Shown: positions 25,966 to 40,849, counted from the stretch's first letter. The stretch: DNA of 64,000 nt from Octopus sinensis (GCF_006345805.1 NC_043006.1:71424001-71488000), one strand, 5' to 3'. Notes: generated from the sequence alone by a model not told the origin. A program made the numbers and translations.

Positions 25966-26617
25966 ATATACATACATACATATATACATACATACATATA
26001 TACATATATATACACATATATACATTATATACACATATATTACATCTAATAACATATATACATATATATACATATAACATATATATACATATATACATAT
26101 ATATAACATATATAATATATATACATATATACATATATATACATATATACATATATATACATATATACATTACATATATATATTACATATATACATATAC
26201 ATATATACATATAATATATACATATAACATATACACATATACATATACACATATACATATACACATATACATATACACATATACTATACACATATACATA
26301 TACACATATACTATAATATATATAATATAATATATATACATATATATATATATACATATATATATATATTAATATATTAATATATATACATATATATATA
26401 TATATACATATATATATACATACATATATATATACATACATATATATATACAATAATATACATACAATATATATATACATACATATATATATATACACAT
26501 ATATATATAATACATATATATATATTACATATATATAATATAATACATATATATACATACATTATATATATACATACATATATATAGACATACATATATA
26601 TATACATACATATATAC

Positions 26618-26652
<35 letters not shown>

Positions 26653-26882
26653 ACATATACATATATATATATACATATATATATAATATATATACAATAT
26701 ATTACATATATATATATAATATATATATACATATATATATACATATATATACATACATATACATATATATACATACATATAATATACACATATATATATA
26801 CACATATAATATACACCATATATATATACACATAATATATACACATATATATACACATATATATATACACATATATATATAC

Positions 26883-26914
<32 letters not shown>

Positions 26915-27585
26915 ATACAATATATAATATACACATATAATATACACATATATATATACATATATATTACATATATATATACATATATATATAATATAAT
27001 ATACATATATACATACATATATACATACATATATACATACATATATACATACATATACACATACATATATACATACATATATACATATATATATACATAT
27101 ATATATACATATATATTACTATATATTACATATATACATACATATACATACATATACATATATATACATATATATATACATATATATATACATATATATA
27201 TACATATATATATACATATATATAACATATATATATACATATATATATAATATATATATACATATATATATACATATATATATACATATATATAACATAT
27301 ATATATACATATATATATACATATATATACATAATATATACATATATATATAATATACATATATATATATATACATATATATACATATACATATATATAT
27401 ACATATATATATACATATAATATATATATACATATACATATATATTATAATATACATATTATATACATATACAGTACATATATATATACATATACATATT
27501 TATACATTATACATATATATACATATACATATATATATACATATACATATATATATTACATATATACCTATATATATACATATAC

Positions 27586-27616
<31 letters not shown>

Positions 27617-27619
27617 ACA

Positions 27620-27655
<36 letters not shown>

Positions 27656-28509
27656 CATATATAATATATATACATATATATATATATATACATATAATAT
27701 ATATATACATATATATATACATATATATATAATACATATAATATCTATATACATATATATATACATTATTATATATATACATATTATATACATATATATA
27801 TATAACATATATATATACATTATATACATATATATATATATACATATATATATATACATATATATATATACATATATATACATACATATAATATACATAC
27901 ATATATATACTACATATATATACATACATAATATATATACATACATATATATATACATACATATATATATACATATATATATATATAAATACATATATAT
28001 ACATACATATTATATACTATACATATATACCTACATACAATATATATATATACATATATATAACATATATATATACATATATATATACATATATATACAT
28101 ATTATATATACATATATACATATCTATATATATACATAATATATGATATATATACATATATATATACATATATACATATATATATAATATATATAATATA
28201 TACATATATATATATATACAATATATATATTACATTATATATATATATACATATATATATATATACATATATATATATTATAATACATATATATACATAC
28301 ATATATATACATATATATATATACATATCTATATATATTTACTATACATATATACATATATATATATATATACATATATATATACAATATATATACATAT
28401 AATATATATATACATATATATATACATATATATATAATATACATATATATATACATATATATATATATACAATATTATATACATATTATATAATATACAT
28501 ATATATAAC

Positions 28510-28588
<79 letters not shown>

Positions 28589-29320
28589 CCTATATATATA
28601 TATATACATATATATATATACATATATATATACATATATATATATACATATATATATACATATATATATATATATACATATATATATACATATATATATA
28701 TATACATATATATACATATTATATATACATCTATATATAACATATATATATACATATATATATATATACATATATATATAACATATATATACATAATATA
28801 TATATACATATATATATATATATACATATATATATACATTAATATACATATATATATATATACATATATATACATATATTATATACATACATATATACAT
28901 ACATATATAACATATATATACATATATATTATATACATATATATATACATATATATATACATACATATATACATACATATATATATACATATATATATAC
29001 ATATATATTATATATACATATATTAATATATATACATATATACATATATATAGATATATATATACATAATATATATATACATATATATATATATACATAT
29101 ATATATATTATACATACATATATATATATAATATTAATATACATACATATAATATTATCATTACATATATACACATATATATACATACTATATATATCAT
29201 ATATATACATATATATATATATACATACTATAAACATATATATATAACATATATACAATATATATATATACATATATATATACATATATATATATATAAC
29301 ATATATATATACATATATAC

Positions 29321-29351
<31 letters not shown>

Positions 29352-29882
29352 CATATATATACATTTATATATATACATATATATATATATACAATATATA
29401 TACATATATATATATATACATATATATATACATATATATATAATATACATATATATATTACATATATATATATACATATATATACATATATATATACATA
29501 TATATATACATATATATACATATATATATACTATATTATACATATATATATACATATATATATATACATATATATACATACATATATACATACATATATA
29601 TATAATATATATATATACATATATATATACAATATATATACATACATTATTACATACATATATATATACATACATATATATACATATATATATATATACA
29701 TATATATATACATATATAATATATACATATATATATACATATATATATACCTATATATTATATACATATATATACATATATATATATACATTATACATAT
29801 ATACATATATACATATATATATATATACATATATACATATACATATATACATATATATTATACATATACTATAATAATATAC

Positions 29883-29924
<42 letters not shown>

Positions 29925-30236
29925 TATATACATATATATATATACATATATATATATATACATATATAATATATACATATATATATATACATAGATATAT
30001 ATAACATATATATACATTAATATATATAATATATATACATATATATACATATACATACATATACATATACATATATATACATTATATTACATAACATACA
30101 TATACATATATATACATATACATATAGATACATAATATACATATACTATAATAATATATATACATATACATATATATACATATATATACATATACATATA
30201 TATACATATATATACATATACATATATATCATATAC

Positions 30237-30269
<33 letters not shown>

Positions 30270-30310
30270 ATATATATATTATAATACATACATATATATA
30301 TACACACACA
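22752..30310. repeat. ~7.5-kb degenerate (TA)n/(CATA)n mega-microsatellite in the LRRFIP intron between exons 33194 and 19275
   Basis: Almost uninterrupted alternation of A with T or C on the + strand. Only about a dozen G by eye. A CA-richer subdomain lies at ~24950-25750. Confidence 0.97.
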
Positions 30311-30537
30311 TTTTCCATCTTTTGACTTCTTTCTGTCAAACTCAAATGTAAGACCATTTTCATCTCATCCAACAATGGAATCAATCTACATATATTTTTT
30401 GTATTTCATATACTTTGTATATTGACCTGCCTAACTCACTTGTCCTTACATTTACTTCTCTACCCTCTTAAGTTTAAACCCCTTGAGAACTACTAAATGT
30501 ATTCTATACAGAGAATATCTGATTCTCTTCTATGAAC

Positions 30538-30568
<31 letters not shown>

Positions 30569-30590
30569 AATATTATTATTATGTGTGTGC

Positions 30591-30626
<36 letters not shown>

Positions 30627-30639
30627 AATATTATTATTA

Positions 30640-30687
<48 letters not shown>

Positions 30688-31166
30688 ATCATATATGTAT
30701 ATTGCATGAGAGAGAGAGATCTAGTAAGCATGTGTAGTATATAAAAGAGGACATGTGTATGCATACACACATACATGACAGTGATAAGAACTGACTCGTA
30801 CTGTGACAATCCATGCTAATGTGTTTTGGGTGGGGACATATTTGAGATAGAACTTTATAGCTGGCAGATCTTCCTGTTACCAACCTTTCAAGGAAAGGAT
30901 GATTTTATACCACAGGTCTTCAAAAGTCTAGTGTGACTGGTCATAATGCCAACAAAGAATGAAAACAAATCACTCAAGTGAAGTCACATGCTGTTAGTAT
31001 TCACACACACACTTACTATTGTTCCTGACTAACATTTCACTCACAATGCATTGGTCAGCCCACAGCCATAGTAGAAGATACTTTCCAAAATTGCAGTGCA
31101 ATGAGACTGAACTCAAAACTATGTGGTGGCAAAGAGAATTTCTCAACCACATAACCATACCTGTGC

Positions 31167-31202
<36 letters not shown>

Positions 31203-31203
<1 letters not shown>

Positions 31204-31377
31204 GCGCAGGAGTGGCTGTGTGGTAAGTAGCTTGCTTACCAACCACATGGTCCCGGGTTCAGTCCCACTGCGTGGCACCTTGGGCAAGTGTCTTCTACTA
31301 TATCCTTAGGCCGACCAAAGCCTTGTGAGTGGATTTGGTAGACAGAGACTGAAAGAAGCCCATCGTATATATGTATT

Positions 31378-31408
<31 letters not shown>

Positions 31409-31612
31409 ATGTTTGTGTTTGTGTTTGTCCCCCCAACATCACTTGATAACCTATGGTGGTGTGTTTACGTCCCCGTAACTTAGCGGTTCAGCAAAAGAGA
31501 CCAATAGAATAAGTACTAGGCTTACAAAGAATAAGTCCTGGGGTCGATTTGCTCGACTAAAGGCGGTGCTCCAGCATGGCCTCAGTCAAATGACTGAAGC
31601 AAGTAAAAGAAA
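31203..31612 (+). mobile_element. tRNA-derived SINE family A (~410 bp, internal TA/TG microsatellite, CR1-like tail), best-preserved copy
   Basis: A-box TGGCTGTGTGGT, B-box GGTTCAGTCCC, 3' GGTGCTCCAGCATGGCC-CAGTCAAATGACTGAA. Other copies or fragments at ~1020-1160, 5418-5560, 17100-17235(-), 22380-22700(-), 31030-31168(-), 49620-50050(-), 58921-59085 and 61575-61735(-). Confidence 0.85.
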
Positions 31613-31858
31613 AAAAAGAGTATATATATATTTACAGAAAACAAAAGATGAAGACAGGTGAAGGAACAACAAGCAGGTGTGTTAATTTAACACACACAAG
31701 ATTTAAATGTGAGCTACTATAATTTTCATGCTTCTGGATAGTACAATAATCAGATGAGCTTTAAATCATGCGCATATATCAAATGATATTTATTTCTCAC
31801 AGGATGGAGTATTTTTTTTCATCCTATCAATAATAAAACAGTACAATATATACATATA

Positions 31859-33148
31859 TTGAGTCATCCCATAAATAATGCAGTTTTTTTATACTGCTTT
31901 TATTTTTCAAAATTAAGATAAACAAAGTTCTTTCTTAATCTAAAATATACTCTCCATCATTTTCTACCATCTATCTGGTAGACTTGCAAGGCCCCTCTTC
32001 CAAAATTCACTTGTCCATTATAAAAAATACTCCTCCAGGACTGTTCTGACCTCATATACAGAATTCATATCTTTTCCATCCAAATGATTTTGAAGACTGC
32101 AGAATAAATGATAATCAGATGGGGCAATATCTGGCGAATATGGTGGGTGGGGCATCGTTTCCCATTCAAACTGCTCCAGCCTTTGGAATGCCATCTTTGC
32201 TGTATGTGGGTGAGCATTATCCTGATAGAAGAACACCTCTCATCTTGAAACCAAAGATGGTCATTTTACTTCTAGCATTGACTTAAACCAATCAAGCTGC
32301 TTGCAGTAGATCTCCTTTGTTATCGTTTGGTTTGGGCTTAAAAGTTCAAAGTGGACTAAACCTTTCATATCCCACCAAACAGATAACACCTTATGTGGGT
32401 GAAGACCTTCTTTAGCCTAGGGTGTCAGTGTTTCTCCTTTCTCTAATCGCTGTCTTCGGTGCTTGACATTTTTATTGAGAACTCATTTCTCATCACCAGT
32501 CACTATTCGGTCCAAAAAAAGACTCATTCATGAGACGTGACAGCCAAGAAGAGCACACATTTACTCTCTGCACGCAATTAGATTTGGAAACCCATTGACC
32601 CAATTTGACTCGGAAAACCATTGACCCAATTAGACTTGAAAACCCATTGACTCAATTTGCTGACTTTCTGATGGCACACAGATGTTGACAAATGATTGAA
32701 TAACCAAATCCAAGCTTCTCTGCTAATTCCTCAACTGTCACAATGGGATTTTGTTCCACCTGGGTTTGCAGGACATCCTCATCAAGCTCTACGGATCTTC
32801 CAAGACAAGGGTCATCTTCTAGGCTGTAGTTTCTAGAACCACTGTTGAAACTGGCTTACATTTATTGTCCGATCCCCATATATTGCATTAATATTCCTCA
32901 CATTTTCCATTGCATTGTTGCCTTTATTGAACTCATAAAGCAAAATATGCTCCTTTGTCACTTCCCTTATAGCTTTGAAAAAATAACTATTAAAATCAAA
33001 CTGCACTCTTCAAAACTTACATTAAGAATAAGTACAAGATAAAATGACTACCACCTTTACAGAAGTTGATGCAGGTAGTTTATCCCATCCCTCTCCAACT
33101 TTTAGTTCATGCAATTGAAAAAAACGCATTATTCATGGGATGACCCAA
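31859..33148 (-). mobile_element. Full-length degenerate mariner (DD34D) transposon, 1290 bp
   Basis: TIRs TTGAGTCATCCCATAAATAATGC and (reverse complement) TTGGGTCATCCCATGAATAATGC, with TA on both sides. Transposase relics include YQDNAHPH, HPPYSPDIAPSDYHLF and an N-terminal EVTKEHILLYEFNKG...; the ORF is disrupted. Confidence 0.92.
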
Positions 33149-33193
33149 TATACACACAAAATACAAAGATGAACAAACTGGAATTAAACTAAC

Positions 33194-33265
33194 CTTTATT
33201 TCACGTGTTCCCTCCTCCGATGAATCGTCGCTTCCTCGTCGGCTGTTTGCATGTCTCATGGTGTT
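33194..33265 (-). CDS. LRRFIP2: LRRFIP1/2 homologue, coding exon (72 nt, phase 0-0): NTMRHANSRRGSDDSSEEGTREIK
   Basis: Not in the ORF track (too short). Acceptor tttatcaataacag|AAC, donor AAG|gttagt. Contains SRRGS...REIK, like vertebrate SRRGSGDTS...IREIK, and joins in frame to the next exon. Confidence 0.85.
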
Positions 33266-34833
33266 CTGTTATTGATAAACAGTATTACAGTTATAAAACA
33301 CTACAGGACAAATGCTTGTGATTATTACAACCAACATGCACAATCATTCTGGTCACTCACTGATTAGGCATTCCTTTCATAATAATTACTATCAGCATAA
33401 AGCTAAAACAAGCACACAGATAACAGACTATAGTAGTCACTAACAGAAATAAACACCTCAATGATGACAAACAAATGTTATGGGTGTAACATTCCAATAC
33501 TGATAATAATATCTACACCATTCGCACTGGCTCTGCTTCCTATAAACAGGTAGCAACACTGGTAATGTTACATCATAATGAAAATTAAATGTGAAGGCCC
33601 AGAAATGATTATGGATTTGGGAAAACAAACTGCAAATCATCACTGTCATTACCAGCATCGTTGTCTAACGTTCACTTTTTTGCTGGCATGGGTTGGACAT
33701 TTTGACAGGAGTTAGTGAACAAGATGACCAAACTCCAATGTCCGCTTTAGCATGGTTCCTATAGCTGGATAAAATTTACATGTACCATTTCTAGTGAGGT
33801 CACCAAGTAACTTGCAAGGCAAGACACCTCACCTCATCTGAGTTAGGGGTGTACTACTGAGGCTTTATGCCAGGTAATAAGAGGCTAAAACATGATAGAG
33901 ACACAGGAACACCTGGTATCCCGCTGTAGGGAGATTTATATTTATCCCAAATGGAAAAGAAAGACGATGGTAAAGATGCATCAAGACGCGCCCTCAAGTT
34001 ACAGGAAGGTGAAAATATAGATATAGATCATCATCATCATCATCATTTTGTGTCCATTTTTTATTAATTGTATAAGTTAGTTGGGTCTCAGAGTATCTCT
34101 GTCATGGTGATTATAACTGAATAACTCTCCTATCACCCATTAATTTACAGAGACCTTGTGCCCTACATCAACTTCAGAGTTATGCAACTATTAGGTAGGC
34201 TGCCTGTGTATGTGGTATTGTGATGACCATCTTTTTCATTCATTTCTTCTTCACTTTATCATGGCATTTTTACAGCTGGTGACCCCCGTCTATAACAAAC
34301 CAGTTTACAACATGGAACAAATGGCTTTTATCACTCCACCAAGATAAGACAGTTTGTCTACAAATTAAAAAGTCCCCTCAACTAGATATCATTTCTTTTC
34401 AACTAATTCAGTGTTACTGCTCCACCATAAGAGTTATGTGCATGGAACTCATTCTTGTATATATCATCAGATATAAGGGACAAGACTGGACCTTTGAATT
34501 ACATGAACAATCTGTTTGACAGGCTTCCACACAGTTTGCATCTCCTCGATTTCACACAGAAGGTTTGGGTCAACCGAAAGCTATGGCAAAAGACCCCCTG
34601 TCCAAGGTATTACACAGTAAGATCAAACCTGATTCTGAAGCATGATTCTGTACGATTCTGAAACAAACTTCTTAAACAGTCAGCCAACCACAAACATGCA
34701 CCTTTACATACACACACACACACACGTTAAAGTCAAGGAAGGAAAAAGGACAAACTAAATGTAAACAGTAATGTTCAGTTTCATCCAATGGAAAAGAGTG
34801 GTCATTCTAGGAAGAAAGATCACTTACTGCACA

Positions 34834-34877
<44 letters not shown>

Positions 34878-35294
34878 TGCATGCATATACATACCTTTGG
34901 TAAATCATTAGTCAGTTCATATAGCCGATCTTGTTTCTCTTCATTCTGTGGAAGAAAAAGAAAGGTAGATGAAAAGCTAAAGAGAAAATGGTAGAGTTGT
35001 TTTGTGTTAGAAGGAAATCAATATCAAAATATTTGGAATGGGTGTCGACATGAAACCCCAGGTCAATTTTGATCCAGCAGACCTATGATCAAAGATATTC
35101 CAGCCATGACCATCTTGTCTTATTCAGACATAGTCTATCTAGAACTACACTATCTAATATAGCCTTCTCGTTTTCTAAAAATAAAACAGTAGACTGTGAT
35201 ATGAAGGATATAAGGCTGTTGTTTCTAACAAATTGACACGACCTCTAACCCCACCCCATAGAAGCTTCTTTACTGATTAGTAATATTTGGAGCT

Positions 35295-35560
35295 TCTAAT
35301 TTCTGGGCAGGAGATGTTTCAACGATGAAGAGTGGCAGGCTTCCAAAGGCAGTTTTCTATACTGAACTGTGTCAGAGCAGGCAGAACCGTAGTGGCCAGA
35401 GGTTATAATATAGGGATGTACTGAAGAGACATATGAAGAACTCTGACATTTCCCCATACAACTGGGAGAAAGGCTCTGTGGAGTGATGAATAGCACCGAT
35501 CACTGAAACTCATAATTCCAGCCATTCAGGAGAAACAAGAGAGAATGCAAAAGAACACAT
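35295..35560 (+). mobile_element. RTE-type LINE ORF C-terminal fragment
   Basis: The frame reads WAGDVSTMKSGRLPKAVFYTELCQSRQNRSGQRL*YRDVLKRHMKNSDISPYNWE, matching the RTE WAGHVxRMxxxRLPKAVFYGEL...RYKD motif. Confidence 0.8.
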
Positions 35561-37036
35561 GAGAAGCATAAATTCTTTATTGCATCAAGTAGGTTAACCT
35601 GCAACAGATGTCATTGCTACAGATCAAAACCAAGCCTTGCAGTCCACATGTGAGTGCCAGAGATGACTACTGAACAAGAAAGGTTGACATTCATCTACAA
35701 CATACAGTTGAAGAAAAAGAAGGATACTTTTAACATATCAAATGTGTGAAGGTCGTGGTAGTTACAGCAACAGCTGCAACAATGGCAGTACAGACATTTT
35801 CAGCAATAAAGTACAATATAGTAAACAACAGTGACAATTTCTAACTTAGAGGCACTGGGGCACAGATTTAGGAGAGAAAGATGATGGTAGGGTTTACAAT
35901 TGTCAACTGATCCCAACACTTGACCTTTACAGACCATCACCACATGTACTCCAAAACCCTTCCAGAAGGACGAAAGGTAAATTTGGTCTCAGTAGAATCC
36001 AAATCCAAACTCAGAATATGAAAGGGACACAGTCAATCTGATGCTCTACTGATTCTGAAAATAATGATAAAAACTTTCATCACCACAACCACCTCCACTC
36101 AGATATTTCTAAACCCATTCCTTTCTCCTCTTATCATTCTTGTGTTCACCACCAGGCCCCACACCAGATGAGATTGAGCACAATTGTGCTCAATCTCTTT
36201 TTCCCAGAACATTATAAAACCCTCTGGAATCCTCACTCTCCTTGTTCCTGTCTTACTTGCAAAATTTTAAGACCATCACTGTATAGGAAAGCCTTACCCT
36301 TCCTCTAGAACCAGCTCATGAAAAAAGACGACTTAAACCCTTTAGTGTTCAGATTATTCTGTCTAAAGTAAAACTTATTTATTCACATGTTTTAGATTAA
36401 TCATGCATATCTTGTAGCTTTGTAGAATGATATTGTAGGGTTAGTGTGAGAGGCCAAATCTGGCCAGTTTGAACATAAAATAGGTAGAATATTTGGGCTG
36501 GATATGGCATGTTTAAATACTAAAGGGTTAAAGTAAATTTCTGAAATTTTGGAAGAGGAGCTATATTGACCCCATTTTGAAAGGATGAAAAGCAAGGCCA
36601 ACCGCCTTTGGAATTTGAACTTAGAACACAAAGCCAGAAGAAATACAACTAAGCGGGATTTAAAGTAAATGAAATCTAACATGTAAACAAAGGTGACATT
36701 GCAACTTGTTTTGTATGCTAGTTGTTGTTGTTCTGGTAGTATTGCTGTTTACATCCCACTGTTAATCTATATACCTATCTGTCATGTTGTTGTATAACTT
36801 ACATACCTTGCTATATATAGAAAGAGAAAGACACGTAGAGGGTGTGGTCACTTTCTCAATAACTTACACATCTTGTTCAATAGCAGAAACATTACTAACA
36901 CTAGTATGTCTACTGCAAACCCTACTATCACTGCAACTATCAATACCACCACCAATACTACTCCTTGGTAATCTCAGTGGATGGCAGATAGGGGAGGTAC
37001 CATACTGGAGTAGTTTCATGGGGCTGCTTTCTATAG

Positions 37037-37335
37037 CAGGGCTTCTCAACCAGGATCCATATGGACCCTGGGGGGTCCACATATAGTAAACTGGGAATCC
37101 ATGGTAATTTTTCAGGGGCCATGAAAAAAAAATTGTGCTTCAGACCAGCAAAATTTATGAGCAATAAACTAGTTATACATCCACAAAATATTTTAACAAT
37201 TTTTATACAATTCCTAATAATATTTAATCATAAAAATACAATAGGATCTTTTAAGTATTGAATGGTTAATGGGGTCCAACTAAGCAAAATAGAAATCAAA
37301 GGGGTTCATAGGTAAAAAATGGTTGAGAATCCCTG
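37037..37335 (+). mobile_element. hAT (Charlie-like) MITE, 299 bp; a partial end of the same family at ~18557-18620
   Basis: TIRs CAGGGCTTCTCAACC and GGTTGAGAATCCCTG. The 8-bp flanks TTCTATAG and CTCTACAG resemble a decayed hAT TSD. Confidence 0.75.
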
Positions 37336-37984
37336 CTCTACAGTAAACAGAGAAGGGTTGAACACAGCACTGCAAGCTAACAAAACGATGAGCACTGAGG
37401 TCATTTGCTTTTTAATAGTTAAACTAGGACTTGTTTACAGCCCTTACTGGCCTGGGCCAGTAAGAGTCAAGGTTCTCTTTGTCATGGGACACTGTTTATA
37501 AAGTCTTCTGAGGGATATTAAATAATGGAAATGGTTGAGAACAGTAGGATTCATCAGACACAACTACATGGTTAGATATTTGTAGGGGAAGATGTATAAT
37601 TGAGTGAATCAAGTCAAGTATATAACTGGTACTTAAGACATTCCAATGAGACAAAAAACACTGTTGACTTCAACTCAGAACAGGACACATGGTTGAGTAC
37701 CATAAAGTATTTAATCTGGCGGTTTTTATCAGACTCAAGAGAGAAATTATGTAGTTCTTTGATCAGCTGAAAATAGCAACCACATCTCCCCTTTATCACA
37801 TGCTGCAATTGTAAGAAAAGAAATATTGGATAAAATAGTCTGAAATCCACAACATTTTGGAACAAAAAGACTGTATGGTCAAGGGTTGGAATACTTTAAA
37901 TCATAAAGCTACTCAGTCACATCTGACCTAGAGTTAAACAACAAAAATGATGAAGTAAAAAAGTGGTCTGAATGTTATTGCCCA

Positions 37985-38160
37985 AACTGCTAGAAATAAC
38001 AGCCAAATCTCCCTCAATTTACACCCTACTATGAAAGAGACATGTAACCAGGATATGTTATGTGTTACTGAAATAAAGTGAGGATGATTAGTGTAGACTG
38101 AAACTACTTTGCTCATACATTTACTCAATCAAGGCTGACCTGAGGCTAAACAACAACAGC
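37985..38160 (+). repeat. Interspersed repeat family D ending GGCTAAA(CAA)n, representative copy
   Basis: CTAGAAATA.CAGCCAAATCTCCCTC...GGCTGACCTG.GGCTAAACAACAAC recurs at ~625-808, 16185-16330, 35040-35240(-), 43165-43350(-), 43780-43940, 55110-55275(-), 60170-60420 and 62840-63110. Confidence 0.7.
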
Positions 38161-39899
38161 AACAATAATTACTTGAGAATGAAAACAGAGACTTTCAAGA
38201 GGGAAAGTAAACTGATTCAATTTACTCCATGACTGGCACATTTTTATTGCTTACTGAAGAACGAAAAGTAATGTCCAGCTTGGTGAAAATTTAAAATTTA
38301 GATTGCAGAAGTTAGGTAACAGGTAGAGGATGGGTTGTGAGAAACAGAAACTAGAGTGAAAGAGCACTAAATATCCAAAAGTGAGGAAGGTTTAGCATAA
38401 GAGCAGAGCAGAGCAAACCTCCTATCAGCTCCAGTCACTTGAAACCAAGTTGAGAAAGGAGAACATCTTGAGAAGAGCAAAAGATCGACAAGGTAATTCT
38501 ACACCACAACCAGTGTGTGTGTGTGTGTACCACGTATGTATGTGCATCATTGCTTCATGTGTGTGTATCTGTATGCATGTATAAAAGTATGTAGTTATAT
38601 CTGCCATATCTCTGTAGGATCTGTATGTGTATGTGTTTGCATGCATATGTAAGTTTGTATGAGTAAAGTTATGTTGTAAAGTGGTGGTGGTGGAGTGCTG
38701 TGATTACAGATTGTGTGATGTCACAATTGAATATGGAGAGCATTTGATGATGTAATAGATTTAATAAATGCTGATTTAAAAAATCCGTGAGGTAATAAGC
38801 CAACTATATTTCAATTTACATGGCAATGCATGTACATCCATCACTGATAAACCTGTGTGTTTGTGTGTTTATAGTCTCAGCTCTACTTTGTTGATACCTA
38901 AAGTATTTCCTGGCCCTAAATGAAAGGGATGCAGACCAAGTTATATAATGAAGTACTTCCACCAAGAGACATCTCTGGTGACAATGACAGCCAACAATTG
39001 GAGGTATCAAATGCATACCAAATGTGCATGTATGTGTTTATACACACACAAACATACATAAATATGTACAAACACCATCATCATCATTTAACATCCACCT
39101 TCCATGCTGGTATAGGTGGGATGGTTTGACAGGAGCCAGCCAGACAAAAGCCTGCACCAGACTTCTGTGACTGTTTTGGCAGAATTTTTACAGTTGGATG
39201 TCCTTCCTAACAGCCCCCCCACACACACACACACACAGAGCAATACCTCAACTATCGTGGATTTACATTCCAAAAACCACCGCAATAGGTGAAAATCTGC
39301 AAAGTAGAAACAGTACCATATTGTATATTCTTTTGATTTTATAATTTGTATATATTTATTTTATAATAAATGCAAAACAACACCAAGGAGAAATCAACAT
39401 AAACTTAATCAACCATGACAGGTGAACCATGATATGGCAACGGGTTACTGTGCATTTATTTCAATAATAATAATAATAATAAAAAAAGGGGTAAAATTAA
39501 TTAATTAATAATTTTACCAAGTAGTTCAGTACGTTAAAATAACCATTTTTAGGTAAAATTATACAAATATTCTATAATTATAAACATAATTATAATCAGG
39601 GGGTCAACTAATTGCTTCACCGCACACCGAATTTAGAAATAGGAGTCAAAATGCCTTTTCTGCTACTATAAAGATCTCCCAGACAATAACACACTTTTTT
39701 TTTATGTAGGCAAAAAGAAAAAAGAAAAAATTTACTAAAGATTTAGTAAAATAACTTAGTTATCATTTAGTTAGTGTTAGGAACATAAATTGTGACTAAG
39801 GTTTGGTGGAAGATTTTAATTCAAAACTTATGAAAACAAGAAATTTGTACTCAGAACCAGAGCCGGTTTCAACCAGGTTGATAACGAAAGGGTTAATCA

Positions 39900-40470
39900 G
39901 GTTGTATAGGAATGTATCATACTCAGTGACTGATGTAGCAACATTATATACAAGAGGAAAGGATGTCATAGATAGAATTACAGAGGTACCAAATTACTGG
40001 ACCAGGTCATAAAAGTTACAGAAAGGGTTATAAGTTCAACTTATTAGGAAGAGAATTAGCCTATATGGGTTTGGTTTTGTACCAGAGAGAAGCACTACTG
40101 GTGTTCTTTTTTCTCGGAAGGCAACTGTAGAAGTGTTTAGCCAAAAATAAAATATTGAACTTGGCATTTGTTGACATGGAGAAAGCCTTTAATAAGGTCC
40201 CTCATTCCATCTGGTGACTGTTGTCGAAGCACGTACAGAGTGCAGTTAGTAAGGTGAAAGTTAATGAGTATAGCAATGAATTTAGTGTGCATGTAGGAAT
40301 TCACTGGGCTCAGTTCTCAGTCCCCTCATTTATCATAGCTCTTCAGACTATAAAAGAAGAGTTTAAGACTGCTTGCCTTTGGGAGCTCATCTATGCTAAT
40401 GATCTTGTTCTTACAGCTGAATCTGTGGTAGAATTCAGAAACAAAACCTGTGGAAGTAAAACTGTAGAGA
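39900..40470 (+). mobile_element. RTE-type LINE reverse-transcriptase fragment (decayed)
   Basis: Relics include GFVPERSTT, LAFVDMEKAFNKVP, SKVKVNEYSNEFSVHVGIH and LWELIYANDLVLTAES (YADD box). Confidence 0.85.
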
Positions 40471-40849
40471 ACTGGGCAACAAAGATTTCACCTTCTATAA
40501 CAACAAATATTTATTACTTGGACACAAGACCAGAATTTGTAGAGGGAAAGCATGGCTGATAAACTCAAAACTAGCATATGACTGGTGAAAGTTTTTCAAC
40601 CCAGAGGGATGGAAAATGATTTCAGCTCAAAATGTAAACAAATAAAACAAAATACCATCAATAATTCAGTCAGAATCTCTATTTCAACCACTCTAATGCA
40701 CCAACCTCACCCTTAACAATAATGCCAACCCTACTATCTCTTTGTTCTTATTCTGATGAATTATCAGAAATTTTCCTAAATCATATCTACAAAGACTGAT
40801 TAGATATGTAATACCTAATATGCTATCTCACTCTTGTCAGCGCTAACAG

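Noticed and set aside
22673-30072. Dozens of long Y/I/C/M/V/H/T-rich ORFs (up to 368 aa) in the ORF track
   Set aside because: They are translations of the TA/CA microsatellite, which rarely contains stop codons. No splice or codon evidence.
31203-31290. tRNA-like sequences (A/B boxes) here and at many other sites
   Set aside because: They continue into SINE bodies and tails and lack a complete cloverleaf, so they are SINE heads rather than tRNA genes.
32900-33193. SETMAR-like exonisation: mariner lies sense to LRRFIP only 45 nt after a donor
   Set aside because: The nearest acceptor (ttttttcaaag|CTATAAGG) is out of phase with the phase-0 upstream exon and hits TAA at once. The transposase ATG is lost and the ORF is disrupted.
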